DNA of 64,000 bases, taken from sequence record PQ287644.1; one strand, written 5' to 3'. A program made the position numbers and the translations under genes. Below, piece after piece: positions 48,284-58,936 of the stretch (positions are counted from its first letter, which is position 1; each line of letters starts with the position of its first letter). The notes beneath the pieces were generated by a model, which was not told where the DNA came from, ran no database searches, and saw nothing but the letters and a program-made list of their open reading frames with translations.

Positions 48284-49644
48284 ATGTTGGACATGAGTTT
48301 TATTACCCGAAAGGTAGCGGGTACGGAGTTCATTGAGTTCCAGAATGCCACCTTTAAAGACGAATTAACCGCTTGTTTGGATCAGTACATTACGATTACT
48401 GATAAGCGTGTGGTATTATCCCCTGATTGCCAAGTGGACGTACTGGGACTCATTAAGAAACACACCGGCTTTAGCAACATAAAGCTGGAGTTGAACGACA
48501 GTGGTAACCTGTACATCGACGCGGGGTATTTCTCCCCGAACCATGTTCTGAACAACACGGGTACTGATGTGTTGATTCCAGCCTCTAAGACTACCCTGTA
48601 TCGGTGGTTTGTGGAGAACAAGAACAAGATCTTTAAAGGAGGTGTTGATTACCGCTCCGGTAAAGTGACTGGTTCGTTCCAAGACGTCCCCTTGACTATT
48701 GGGATCAATGTCAACCTGCATCAGTTCTTCCCGTTGGATAAGATCACCAAATGGAAAGTCTCCATGGGGGGTGCGCTAGCGGGTGGTATTGCTCACGAAC
48801 TGGGACATGCCTTTGGGGGTGTGCGCTCCTGCTGACTCACCTAGAAGACAACCTGGTAGCCCGAGCTGGCTTGGATCAGTACCGTAAAGCCACCAAAGCA
48901 GAAGAACGGGTGATTATCCTGAAAGACACCGCTGCTATTCTGGATGTCCCAGAAGCCAAGTTGGAGGAACTGAAAAGCTTTGCCCATCAAGAAGATGGAG
49001 AGAACTATCTCCTGTACTACACCAAACTGCTCTCTCAACGGAACAGTCGTCGGTCACTGTCTGTTGGGGTTCCAGAGATGACCAGTGAAGTGATTGCGGA
49101 TATGTACGCCATTCGCATGGGCTTCAGTAAGGAAGTGATCGCTGGGATCAGCGCTTTGGTAGACCGCGGTGTCTTTACCATTGCGACAGAGACCTTCCTG
49201 TTCGGTGCCGTTGCAACCCTCTTCTTGTTTTGGCCTACAGCCGCTGTCACCATCATTGTTACCGGGGGAACCTCGGCGCTGGGGGGTATGTTGTGGGGTG
49301 TCTTTGCCCTCAGTTCGGCCTTCGCGTATTTCCAAGCCGGGTATTCCGGGGTCTACAATTCCGACCACCGCCGTATGGAAGATGCTCTGCGTCAATTGAT
49401 TGCTAAACTGAAAGCCAGTAAAACTGTTTCCAGTGAGGAACGGGTACGGTTGATTGACGACATCACCAAAGCCCTGGAAGCGGTTAAGAAACTTAAACCC
49501 TGGTACGACAACACTGTCCTCTACCGCTTTATTGGTTGGGTTTTCTCAGGCAGCGATTTCCGTAAGCAAGAAATCGAACACTTTACTCAATCCCTTAATA
49601 ACCATGAACTGGCAGTCTTGTCCAGTCAACTGAAAACGCTCTAA
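48284..49644 (+). CDS. M48-like zinc metalloprotease with membrane segments, frame broken at 48815-48819
   Basis: AHELGH, then SEVIADMYA, then a hydrophobic hairpin. The ORFs join as HAFGG|CALL if one G is added (about 453 aa). Confidence 0.7.
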
Positions 49645-49654
49645 GGAGTTTATA

Positions 49655-50101
49655 ATGTCTCACCTCGCCCATGTAAACGATTACCGGGGTTACCTGACCA
49701 GTCAAGGGGTTACCTGCCCGTATGCGTTGACCACCGCCTGCCAGGAAGCCTACATCCGCGCCATTCTCAAACGCCATGCTCGTTCCCAGGATAGTTTCAC
49801 CCTGGCAGAAGACGAAGAGAACAGCATCTGGGTGCAGCTCGATAAGTGGAATTCGGTGTATCCGATCAATGCTTCCTTCATCGTGGAATCGGTTAAACTC
49901 CGTCTGACCCGTATTCGTGGCTGCCTGATGAAAGAAGGTAAAACGCCCGGTAATGCGGAATTCGATGTGTATCTGGATGTGAAACGTACCTGTCCCGAGT
50001 CGGGTGACACCACGGTGGATAAACTCGATGCCACGGACAATGATCTGTTCTGTGAGCTGGTTCATTTCCTCTACAATGAATTGGTGAAAGGCAATGAGTA
50101 A
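49655..50101 (+). CDS. Hypothetical protein
   Basis: AAGGAG RBS; 148 aa. Confidence 0.75.
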   Translation: MSHLAHVNDYRGYLTSQGVTCPYALTTACQEAYIRAILKRHARSQDSFTLAEDEENSIWVQLDKWNSVYPINASFIVESVKLRLTRIRGCLMKEGKTPGNAEFDVYLDVKRTCPESGDTTVDKLDATDNDLFCELVHFLYNELVKGNE

Positions 50102-51611
50102 TCCAGTGAGTTCGTATTTCCAATTGAGTGATCCGGTTGACGGCGTGCTCCCAGGTGATGATAAACAACTCATTGATCTGGACGAGTATTACGAAGAAAC
50201 CGGTCAACCCGTGGTGGATGCCATGATCCAAGGGAGTGAGAGCCTCGCACTCAATCGCTTCTCTCGGGACATTGCTATCCAACTCAAACTGAAGAATGCG
50301 TATGAAATGGATCCTTTCCCAACGGAACGTAATGCCGTGATGGGAGCGGAAGGGTTTATCTCTACCATTACGGAAGGGTTCAAGAAGTTCATTGAAGGGA
50401 TCATCAAGTACATCAAGATGGCCTTTAAATGGGTCATGGAACACATTAAAGGTCTTCTGGGGTTCCGTAAGAGCGCGCGTATTAACCAGGCCATTAATGA
50501 CTCCTTCGAGAACCTCCGGGAGGAGTTCCGTCAGACCTTGAACGGTCTGGGCTTCCCAGGGGCGAATTACAACCTGGAGAAGTTCATTGGGGAGTTCCCT
50601 AATGCCACTGACCGCATTGGTCAACTGACGATCCTCCGTACAAAGTTCGAAACCGATGAAGAGAGCATCGAGGCCCTTCGTAAAGTCTTCCCACTCTTCG
50701 AACAAATTATCGGTAAACTAACGGCGGCTTCTGACAAGGCAATACGTGCGTCTGAAAACCTTAAAAGGACCATCCGTAACGAATACAACGCTACCCGGGG
50801 TCGGGCTCACCTCCGAGAGTACGTAGACGGTGCGAACTCCCCTGAGGTTAACCGAGTCCAGAAAGCGGTGTTGGAAACCCTGACCTTCGTTAAACCGGAT
50901 GGTTTAGTAGAACAGATCGGTCAGCTCCTGGAAACCCTCTACAAGGTGAAGTTCGAAAACGAGGCGTTGAATGAAGGGTTCCATACCGTCCGGGAGACCC
51001 TTAAAGAGAACATTCAGGCTCAACGGGTGAAGTTGACCCGGGTGAACACTCCGGTGATCATGGACCTCGTTCAGCAGCTCAACGCAGCGTATATGACGAT
51101 CTCGGATAAGGCGATCGACATGTCTCGGATTCGTCTGAGTGAGTTGGGTAATCTGGTGGATGTAACCGATGCTGAGAAGGTCAAGAGCATCGCGGGATAC
51201 TACCAAGTCCCTGGACTCCTCAGTGATTACCAGGGCGTGGCGGTTGCCATGCGTAACTTCAGCCAATATTGCCAATCTGTAACCAGTCAGCTGTTGGCGG
51301 TTGAAAACCAAGTAGCAGCGTTGGTGGGTTGGTATCACCGTTCTCACATGTGGTATTACCATGGTCTGCTGGATGACATTGAAAAGCTTCGTGAAATCAA
51401 TATCCAAGCTCGCGAGGCGGGGCACTCTCCTGTGGCGAATGCGGAGGGTTATCCGACATTGGCGTTGGATTTTATTCCGGAAGCGGATGCAAAGACCTTC
51501 CTGGAGAAGATGAGTGGGACGATGAAAATCGTGATTGAAAACGACATTGGTGAACTTCGTTCCAAGTACAACACCTTGGCACGACAAACTGGATGGGGGA
51601 GAACCGTATGA
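50094..51611 (+). CDS. Internal head protein paralog
   Basis: G-A-E|G plus amphipathic helix (FISTITEGFKKF...); 505 aa. Confidence 0.75.
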   Translation: MSNPVSSYFQLSDPVDGVLPGDDKQLIDLDEYYEETGQPVVDAMIQGSESLALNRFSRDIAIQLKLKNAYEMDPFPTERNAVMGAEGFISTITEGFKKFIEGIIKYIKMAFKWVMEHIKGLLGFRKSARINQAINDSFENLREEFRQTLNGLGFPGANYNLEKFIGEFPNATDRIGQLTILRTKFETDEESIEALRKVFPLFEQIIGKLTAASDKAIRASENLKRTIRNEYNATRGRAHLREYVDGANSPEVNRVQKAVLETLTFVKPDGLVEQIGQLLETLYKVKFENEALNEGFHTVRETLKENIQAQRVKLTRVNTPVIMDLVQQLNAAYMTISDKAIDMSRIRLSELGNLVDVTDAEKVKSIAGYYQVPGLLSDYQGVAVAMRNFSQYCQSVTSQLLAVENQVAALVGWYHRSHMWYYHGLLDDIEKLREINIQAREAGHSPVANAEGYPTLALDFIPEADAKTFLEKMSGTMKIVIENDIGELRSKYNTLARQTGWGRTV

Positions 51612-52339
51612 ATAAGGAAGTGTGTGAACTGGGTGCTAAAGCCCTCCACGAACTGGAATTGATCCGTAAAACCAGCGAGGACGACCTTGCTCTGCTGAAA
51701 GAAGGGATTGGTCCTGAAACCGCTTACGCCATCATTGACCGGTACTGGTCCGGCGAACAGGCGGAAAAAATGAAGGTTCGTATTACGGCTCAGTTCCCTA
51801 AGGACAACGGGGGTATTATCCTCAGCACGTCGTTGGGTGAACAGGCTGGTTATATCCTGGCTCTGGGGGCTACCAAGGCCTTCTTTGCGGTGGCGTTCCC
51901 CAGGATCGGGGCTCGACTGGAACAGGTGTTCTCGTCCATTAACCAAGCAGACCTGAATGACCCCGTCGCCCTGGAGAAGTACAACGAACTCCGTAAGGAA
52001 CCAGCCCGGTTCTTTGAGTACTTTGCTAACGGGTTTTTCGAAGGGAAAGAGAAGGTTGCGGACGGTGAGATTACCTGTTGGACTCAACTGCGTGATCAAG
52101 CCCGTTGTGTGGATGACGGAGATTACCTCTTCCTGGATGACTACGCTTTTGAATTGAAGCAGGTCAAGGAGAACTTCTACCAGTATTACCTCTCACCCTC
52201 TTCGATCAAAGAGCAATCTCTGGCCGGTATCGATTACTACACCCAACAAGTTGGTGTTCGGGTGCGGTTGGCTAAGTTGTTCTCGTGTTTCTTGGACGAG
52301 TTGATTGAAGGTAATCTTCCCTCTAAAGACACCGAGTAA
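51608..52339 (+). CDS. Virion structural protein (putative)
   Basis: ATGA-coupled start MNKEV; within the head-gene cluster. Confidence 0.65.
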   Translation: MNKEVCELGAKALHELELIRKTSEDDLALLKEGIGPETAYAIIDRYWSGEQAEKMKVRITAQFPKDNGGIILSTSLGEQAGYILALGATKAFFAVAFPRIGARLEQVFSSINQADLNDPVALEKYNELRKEPARFFEYFANGFFEGKEKVADGEITCWTQLRDQARCVDDGDYLFLDDYAFELKQVKENFYQYYLSPSSIKEQSLAGIDYYTQQVGVRVRLAKLFSCFLDELIEGNLPSKDTE

Positions 52340-52347
52340 TGTAAAGG

Positions 52348-52386
52348 TAACTCTACCCACTCCCTTAGCGGGGAGTGGGTAGAGTT
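52348..52386. terminator. Bidirectional terminator
   Basis: taactctacccactccc-ttagc-gggagtgggtagagtta, a 17-bp stem. Confidence 0.85.
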
Positions 52387-52393
52387 AAACGTT

Positions 52394-55324
52394 TTAAATG
52401 GTGGTCGTCATTCTGACATCATGGGGTTGGAAGATGATATCAATGGCTTCCTGTATCGATACCAGTCCATCGCTGGTTAAGGCGAGCCGTTTACGGATGC
52501 TGAAACCAGTGAGGTCATCCAAGTTACTGATGACATCCACGGTACTGTCGCCTGCAAACGCACTCAACTTAACACTCACCACCTCTTCACTCACATTCTC
52601 CTTTAAGGCTTCTGCAAGGTCTAAGGTACTGACCGTTGTCTTATCAAACAACGCCATATTGAGTTGGCGAGGGGTGCTCTCCTCCAAGGCTGCGCGGAGG
52701 TTGGGGTTACGGTAACCATTTTCCGTGAGGTAGTAGGTGACCGAGAACGCCAGATCCTGCCGAAGGGTGGATTCGTAGTTACTGTTGATCACCACCCGCT
52801 GATACCCCAGCTTACTCCGAGGTTGGTAGAACAGGTCAGTCTGGTCAATCGCTTCCGAGCTAAAGGCCAGCATGTCTTGGTTAATACCGTTGACAAAGAA
52901 GTCCTTCGTGTATTTAGCAAATTGGATATCATATTCGTCTTTGCTGAACTGATAGTTCGCATCGAAGGCAATGAAGTCCCAATAGTACTTCAGCTTACGG
53001 GGTTCCAATTCAACCGGAACACCGTTCTCGTAAACGATATCAATCCCCCTCCGGTACAGCAACCGCATCGTGCCATCCGGGTTATAGACGATGTCACCCG
53101 CCTTATGTTCGATCACTGGTTTCCCTTCACTGTCGAACACAATCTGACCATTCTCCCGTTTCACCTGGGTAGTCTCATACCGTTCCGGGACATCCGCTTC
53201 GTAGTGCTTGTACTGGGCTTCACCCACCAGGGGACGAATCCGACTGTACAGGTTACCCAACCGGCGACCGAACTCAACTTTGTAATGGGTTTCAATCACC
53301 CCCACCATTGGGATATCAAAGATGGTCTCATCGATCTTGTCATCGATTTGAGACTGAGTCACCTCTTTATCCCCCGCCCGGGTAAAGATAAAGGTGACAT
53401 CTGTGGTCAGTTCACTACCGGTCTTACTCTGCTGACTTCCAAACTGCCAGAAGTTAGTAAAGTACAAGACGTCTGCCACATCCACATCAAACTGGGTGTT
53501 TAAGGTGAACTCCCAGACCCGTTCCTTATTGGGCAACACTCCCACCAGTTTACCTGCTACACTGGCCAGGCTGTTACTGTCCAGTGGGTTAATGGACAGT
53601 TGGACCCCTACACTGGTATTCGGCAATTCCTTATACGAATCCCCCGATTGAGTCACCAAGGTGATGAGATACCCGGTTTCTCGGTGTTCAATGGTGATTT
53701 GCCCCACTCCCAGTTCCAGACCCAATGCCGCGTTGTCGTCCACAAAGGTTTGATACCGAATCATCGGAGAGTCCAAATGATAGGTCCTGAGGACGGCTTG
53801 CTTGTTCGTGGTATCCAGTACGTAGTAGAAAGGGGTATAGACCAGGGTATTCTCCGCCATCATGTCCACCTGCTGTTCAGGGGTCATGTTGAAGTAGGCA
53901 TCCCGAGTCAACTTGTTCACCAGAACACTGGTGGGTTTATTGATGTTGAACAACACATTGTGAGGAATAGTTACCCGTTCCCCGTTGTCCAATACCACCC
54001 CGCTAGCCACCAGGTCTTCGACTGACGCCAAATAGCTTCCCACGTAACACGCCATCGGCGCGTAGAAGCCTTTGTTATCCTGAATAGGCAATTCCTTCGT
54101 TAATGCAAAGGAACGCTTCGTCATGTAGTCAATGACCTTAACCGAACTGTACCCGCGGTTCTCTGCCGCTCCTTTCAGGTTGTTTTCAGTGATCGGGAGG
54201 GTGCGTTGTTGACGACCATCAATTACCCGTTGTTTAATTTCCGTAAAGGGAATAGGATCTGTACCACCCGAGACAATCGCATCCATCTTCCAGGCAATAC
54301 CCCCCGCATTCACCAGAGGGACTGAATAGGGATCCAACTTATCAGACCCATACCGATAGTCCCGGTAGGCGGGTTTAATGTCCATCGGGGACACCGTGGT
54401 AAGGTCTTTGGTTAACGCCCCTTTGGTGGTATACGTGTAGATGTTGATAATCCCCCGGCCAATGTCATTCCCTGACGTGATGTACACATCTGGGATCTCA
54501 TACGAGAACCGTTTATTCACGGTATCGATACTGAGGGCTAGGGTTACATTCAACGGATCAAAGACATCCTGGTCGTAGGACACCCGGATCTCTTTCAGTT
54601 CCCCATTCCGTTGCAACATCGCACGAACCCCATACAGGTTGTCCGTGTACTCAATAATCCCCCGACAGCCAGAGGCTTCGTTAGACGTGAGGTTCTCCGT
54701 GGCCTTACAGCTCAATTGAGCTACGGGAATCGATACCATCACATACCGACGGTCATCCACTTGCTTGAAGGTACGGTCCAAGAGGTTCGTGGAAATAGGA
54801 ATAAAGGGGTTAGGCGAGCTGTCGTCGTAAACGATCTTCCACCCATTCCGTTCGTTGTACTGGATCCGTATCCCATTGACGACCCAGAAGTCGTATCCGT
54901 TGACATTCAAAATGGTATCCTTGGGTACGAGGATCTCTTTATACACCACGGTGTTCTTACCGACGGTTTGACGACGGTCCACAGCAATCTTCAGGAAGTT
55001 CTCAATATCCATGGTGAGAATCATCACTGAAGTCGAGGGATTCGCAAACAACCCAAACCGCTCTTCATCCGACATGTTCATGCTCAGCTCACTGACATTC
55101 CGAGCGTGCAGCAGGAACTTACGGCTGTTGACATCCAAGAGGCGGTTAATGAAGCCATGCGACGTACCCAGGATTAAATCCATGGCCAAGACAAAGGGGT
55201 GACTCTTACTGTTGAGTTTAACGGTCCCGTTGAACCAGTTATTCTCGATCTCATTCACAATGAGGTTAATACCCCGAATGGGGTTGTTTGCAATACGTTC
55301 CAATTCATCTTGACTAATAGCCAT
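52394..55324 (-). CDS. Large virion structural protein (position of phiKZ gp87; baseplate-wedge-like)
   Basis: 976-aa beta-rich ORF; synteny. Confidence 0.7.
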   Translation of the reverse strand: MAISQDELERIANNPIRGINLIVNEIENNWFNGTVKLNSKSHPFVLAMDLILGTSHGFINRLLDVNSRKFLLHARNVSELSMNMSDEERFGLFANPSTSVMILTMDIENFLKIAVDRRQTVGKNTVVYKEILVPKDTILNVNGYDFWVVNGIRIQYNERNGWKIVYDDSSPNPFIPISTNLLDRTFKQVDDRRYVMVSIPVAQLSCKATENLTSNEASGCRGIIEYTDNLYGVRAMLQRNGELKEIRVSYDQDVFDPLNVTLALSIDTVNKRFSYEIPDVYITSGNDIGRGIINIYTYTTKGALTKDLTTVSPMDIKPAYRDYRYGSDKLDPYSVPLVNAGGIAWKMDAIVSGGTDPIPFTEIKQRVIDGRQQRTLPITENNLKGAAENRGYSSVKVIDYMTKRSFALTKELPIQDNKGFYAPMACYVGSYLASVEDLVASGVVLDNGERVTIPHNVLFNINKPTSVLVNKLTRDAYFNMTPEQQVDMMAENTLVYTPFYYVLDTTNKQAVLRTYHLDSPMIRYQTFVDDNAALGLELGVGQITIEHRETGYLITLVTQSGDSYKELPNTSVGVQLSINPLDSNSLASVAGKLVGVLPNKERVWEFTLNTQFDVDVADVLYFTNFWQFGSQQSKTGSELTTDVTFIFTRAGDKEVTQSQIDDKIDETIFDIPMVGVIETHYKVEFGRRLGNLYSRIRPLVGEAQYKHYEADVPERYETTQVKRENGQIVFDSEGKPVIEHKAGDIVYNPDGTMRLLYRRGIDIVYENGVPVELEPRKLKYYWDFIAFDANYQFSKDEYDIQFAKYTKDFFVNGINQDMLAFSSEAIDQTDLFYQPRSKLGYQRVVINSNYESTLRQDLAFSVTYYLTENGYRNPNLRAALEESTPRQLNMALFDKTTVSTLDLAEALKENVSEEVVSVKLSAFAGDSTVDVISNLDDLTGFSIRKRLALTSDGLVSIQEAIDIIFQPHDVRMTTTI

Positions 55325-56397
55325 TAGCGTTTACCCCACAATTCCAGTTCCATAGTCGCCAGATTAATCCAGGGATACGAGCCGTAACCCGACAAGTACC
55401 GTTCCCTGAACGGAAGTTTGTAGTAATACTGATTCCTGACCCGAGGGTGCAGGTTAGGGTTGACCCTCAACGTGGTACGGTTAAAGGCATCTGCAATTTG
55501 GATATTGTTAAACCGGAATCCCTGACAATCAAAGGAGATATCCAGTTCATCAAGCCCTTGACCCCTCAGACTGTTCTGAGTACGGTCAATGGTACTGTAC
55601 GCCCCCGACGGGAAGGTCGTAGGCCACCCACCCCCACAGCAGAAGATCCATTCGATATTCCGCATGTTCTTGTTCATGATGAGGTGGTAAATACGGGTGG
55701 TGTAGTCCTTATAGTTCTGGAACAACGCATTGGGGTACGGTTCCATCCCTTCATCCCCGAGGGTTACCGCTTCAATGTAGTGAACCCACACTTCGTACAT
55801 ATACGCCAATACGTTGTGTTTAATGCCGTGATAGGTTTGTCTTAGGGTATAGTCGTAGTTGACTTTCAAGACCCCATCGACCCACGCATACACTTCTTTA
55901 CGGAACCCAGGCTCACTTTTGCCCGACGGTAACGAGAGATCAGGAAACCCTGAACTGACTTTAAGAAAGTTCGTTGCGGGTGGGATCCAAGGGTTCAAGG
56001 GATCCAGGGGAGTAATATCGTTCGCATTCGCCGCTCCCCAAACCGGATCCAGTAACCCTTTTACGTACGCGTTCAAACTGTTCCGTTGAGGACGGTACAA
56101 TGAGACCAATTGAGGATGAAGGATTACATTCTCATCCGACAGATTCAGCATGGGACGCGACATAAACGCTAATCCTATGGTGTCGTCTGGGATGGGCGCT
56201 AACTGATTGCCAGGCCCTAGAATACGAAATCCACGTAACAGGTTTGTCAAGGCGTTATCAAAACCAGGACCGCCATTCTCACGGAACGCGTAATTCCACC
56301 ATTCCAGGATGGTTTCTTTCGTGACTTCTCTGCTGGGTGGCGTATTCCCAGGTGTTCTGTCCAACCAAGCGTCGTAATTATTCGGGTCTTCAGCCAT
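55324..56397 (-). CDS. Virion structural protein (position of phiKZ gp88; tail-tube/baseplate-like)
   Basis: 357 aa; TAATG coupling to the downstream gene. Confidence 0.7.
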   Translation of the reverse strand: MAEDPNNYDAWLDRTPGNTPPSREVTKETILEWWNYAFRENGGPGFDNALTNLLRGFRILGPGNQLAPIPDDTIGLAFMSRPMLNLSDENVILHPQLVSLYRPQRNSLNAYVKGLLDPVWGAANANDITPLDPLNPWIPPATNFLKVSSGFPDLSLPSGKSEPGFRKEVYAWVDGVLKVNYDYTLRQTYHGIKHNVLAYMYEVWVHYIEAVTLGDEGMEPYPNALFQNYKDYTTRIYHLIMNKNMRNIEWIFCCGGGWPTTFPSGAYSTIDRTQNSLRGQGLDELDISFDCQGFRFNNIQIADAFNRTTLRVNPNLHPRVRNQYYYKLPFRERYLSGYGSYPWINLATMELELWGKR

Positions 56398-56430
56398 TGT
56401 TTATTACCTTAAAGTGATCAGGGGTTTATC

Positions 56431-57525
56431 ATGATAGGACAAGTATTGTCTCTAGGTTCCTTCTTCTTGGACATCGCCAAGCAGCTGTATCCTGAGAGCA
56501 AGGATATCGCCTCGGCGGCCCAAGTAACGGACCGGGCCAAACATTCATACAATGTGATTTCCACGAGCTCGGTACAACGTAGTGCAGCCCGCACTATTTT
56601 GAATCCGATGGTCGCCATTGAGGGGTCCCTTATCCACCAGGAATACACCCCGGATCTCATGACGGTGGTGACCCTACGGGATATTACCGCAACATTGACT
56701 CACCTCGCGTTGCAGAATTCCGTGGAAGTGGGGGTTAAGGTGGAGAACCTCATCGGGAGCATCAGTCCCAACCGCGGTGGGATGATGAGTCTCTTCTCGG
56801 GACTGGAAGCGATGGATAACAACATCAAACCCAAAGACCCGGCTACCCCGAACCAAGTTCAGGTCAATAGCAAGACCTACAGTGAACTGATGGAGTTCAC
56901 CCCCCTGGCGGTGGGTAAAGTGGTGAATGCTACGCTCTACGGAGCGAATGGTAACAAGATCGAAGTTCCCCTCACCATTCGTCAGATCCCGATTCCGGTG
57001 ACCCATGAGAACCTGGTGACCCTCTTCTCTGCCGCTAAACCCGATGAAGGGTTGAAGATGCGATGGATCATGAAGAAGAGTGGCGAGATCACCACGCCTC
57101 AGTGGTTTGATGGTAGCGACATCGTTAAAGCCCGTTTTAAAGCGAAGATGGGTGATACCTCTGGGTATTACAAGGAAGCCATGAAACGGGATACCCAGAA
57201 TAAGCTGGAAGCGATTCGCACGGGTATCATTAGCATGAACTCCATGGCGAACACGGTCATCATCACTCAAGATACGGCGACCCAGCTCGAACTGGAAATC
57301 GGTCGTAAGTTTGCCGATCCGGTTAGCCGTGAAAAAATCTTCGAGAGTATTTCGGCGAATACCCTCGTTATCGTGAATGATGACCGGGGTATTTTCACGT
57401 TCTACACCGATGGTCAAACCATGCCGGAAGTTTACACACGTCGAGACTTGTCCGTTAAGTCCAAGAAAGAAGGCTCTGCGAACACGCTACAAGATCTCGT
57501 TAAATTGCTCAACGGGGGTCTCTAA
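56431..57525 (+). CDS. Inner-body/head protein (position of phiKZ gp89)
   Basis: 364 aa; G-L-E|A site; synteny. Confidence 0.7.
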   Translation: MIGQVLSLGSFFLDIAKQLYPESKDIASAAQVTDRAKHSYNVISTSSVQRSAARTILNPMVAIEGSLIHQEYTPDLMTVVTLRDITATLTHLALQNSVEVGVKVENLIGSISPNRGGMMSLFSGLEAMDNNIKPKDPATPNQVQVNSKTYSELMEFTPLAVGKVVNATLYGANGNKIEVPLTIRQIPIPVTHENLVTLFSAAKPDEGLKMRWIMKKSGEITTPQWFDGSDIVKARFKAKMGDTSGYYKEAMKRDTQNKLEAIRTGIISMNSMANTVIITQDTATQLELEIGRKFADPVSREKIFESISANTLVIVNDDRGIFTFYTDGQTMPEVYTRRDLSVKSKKEGSANTLQDLVKLLNGGL

Positions 57526-58409
57526 TGAATATCTTTGAATACGTGAAGGGTGTTAAGACGTTCAAGAAGAACGAACTGATAACCAAGCTCACTACCCTCA
57601 CGGTGGCCAGTAACGACCTGATTTCGAACCTCGAACGAATGGTGGCGAATAAGGTGGATTTGAGCCATGAAATCAATCAGTGGGTGATTACCAAGAGTAT
57701 TGTTCGTGAACTGGACAATAACGGGTACCGGGGTGTAGGCTTTGTGGGTGCTACCCGGGGATCGTGTGAAACGATTATCAGTTTGGTCCCCGGGTTAACG
57801 AAACGGGTGAATGGGTATAAAGACGAAGTCTGGGACGGTAAGCTCCTGACCTTGCGTCAAGTCAATATCCTGAACCTGATGGAACACATGGAGTATTGGT
57901 TGAAATACACCAATATGGTCTACAATGTTCTGCTGGACTTGAACAACCAGTCGGTCACCACCCCTGAGAAGGCCTTGGATAAGGCTGACTTGAAACTGGT
58001 GAATGGAACCCTGGAGTTCTACAAGTCGGTTACCTTGGACCTCCTGAAAGGGTCTCGCCGTCTCCTGGAGGGTCTGGATGATCTTCCGGATGTGGAAGTC
58101 AATGAAACCTCGTTGGCTGTTCTGGAAGCCACTGATCCTAAAGCCGCTCCGGATTACCTGAAGCGAGGCTTTGGGGTCCATTTGCTGAATCCGAAGTATT
58201 GGATCAGTTTGGCGAACATGAACCTGAACATTGCACGTATCGAGAAGATGCGTCGGGACAACGAACTCTTCGCCATGAAGATCTCGAAAGCCGTGAACAT
58301 GAAGAACGGTGTCAACGATGCCGAAATCGATCGTCAGATCGAGGTGCTTCAGGACGAGATCATCAAGAACGTTAACACCATTGAAACCATCGAGAGACGC
58401 TATGAATAG
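57525..58409 (+). CDS. Inner-body/head protein (position of phiKZ gp90)
   Basis: 294 aa; TAATG coupling. Confidence 0.7.
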   Translation: MNIFEYVKGVKTFKKNELITKLTTLTVASNDLISNLERMVANKVDLSHEINQWVITKSIVRELDNNGYRGVGFVGATRGSCETIISLVPGLTKRVNGYKDEVWDGKLLTLRQVNILNLMEHMEYWLKYTNMVYNVLLDLNNQSVTTPEKALDKADLKLVNGTLEFYKSVTLDLLKGSRRLLEGLDDLPDVEVNETSLAVLEATDPKAAPDYLKRGFGVHLLNPKYWISLANMNLNIARIEKMRRDNELFAMKISKAVNMKNGVNDAEIDRQIEVLQDEIIKNVNTIETIERRYE

Positions 58410-58914
58410 TTTTCGTCGCTCCCCCAATGGGTTTGTGAACGCAAAGCTGACGGATGCGGAGATGACGGAGGCTTTTACTAACCTCAATCTCCTCCGGAAG
58501 GATGCGTACAGTGATTTCGAATTGGTCATCAAAGGTCATGTAGCCATTGAAACCATTCGGGATGTCAGTCGGCTTGTGGGTCCCAGTTTCCGTCAGTTCA
58601 TGGAAGCCAACTACGACAGTGGTCGAGCACCTATTGCAGGGTTGATCAAAGACATTGTTCATTACCTCAATGGGCGTATCGGTCACCACTCGCTGATTAC
58701 GTCACTTCGTATTGAGGAGCGTAAACTCCTGAGTGCGTCTAAAGTGCGTAAAGCGACCTACCGTCAAACCCAAACCACGCGCAGTCCGCTTCCGCTCCTG
58801 GAAGACGGCTACATCGTCCACGACTACGATCTCTATCGCCTAATGTCCGGTATCAGTCCTTCCAATGTAGGGCGGACCTTGTTGCTACTGGGCGGTGAGA
58901 ATTACTACAGCTGA
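58402..58914 (+). CDS. Hypothetical or virion protein
   Basis: Start MNSFRR at 58402. Confidence 0.65.
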   Translation: MNSFRRSPNGFVNAKLTDAEMTEAFTNLNLLRKDAYSDFELVIKGHVAIETIRDVSRLVGPSFRQFMEANYDSGRAPIAGLIKDIVHYLNGRIGHHSLITSLRIEERKLLSASKVRKATYRQTQTTRSPLPLLEDGYIVHDYDLYRLMSGISPSNVGRTLLLLGGENYYS

Positions 58915-58936
58915 CCCTTAGGTGGAGAAGAGTGCA

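Noticed and set aside
52398-55202. Numerous 60-280-aa plus-strand ORFs opposite the 976-aa structural gene, and similar nested ORFs elsewhere
   Set aside because: Fully nested antisense or alternate-frame ORFs without an RBS or recognisable motifs.
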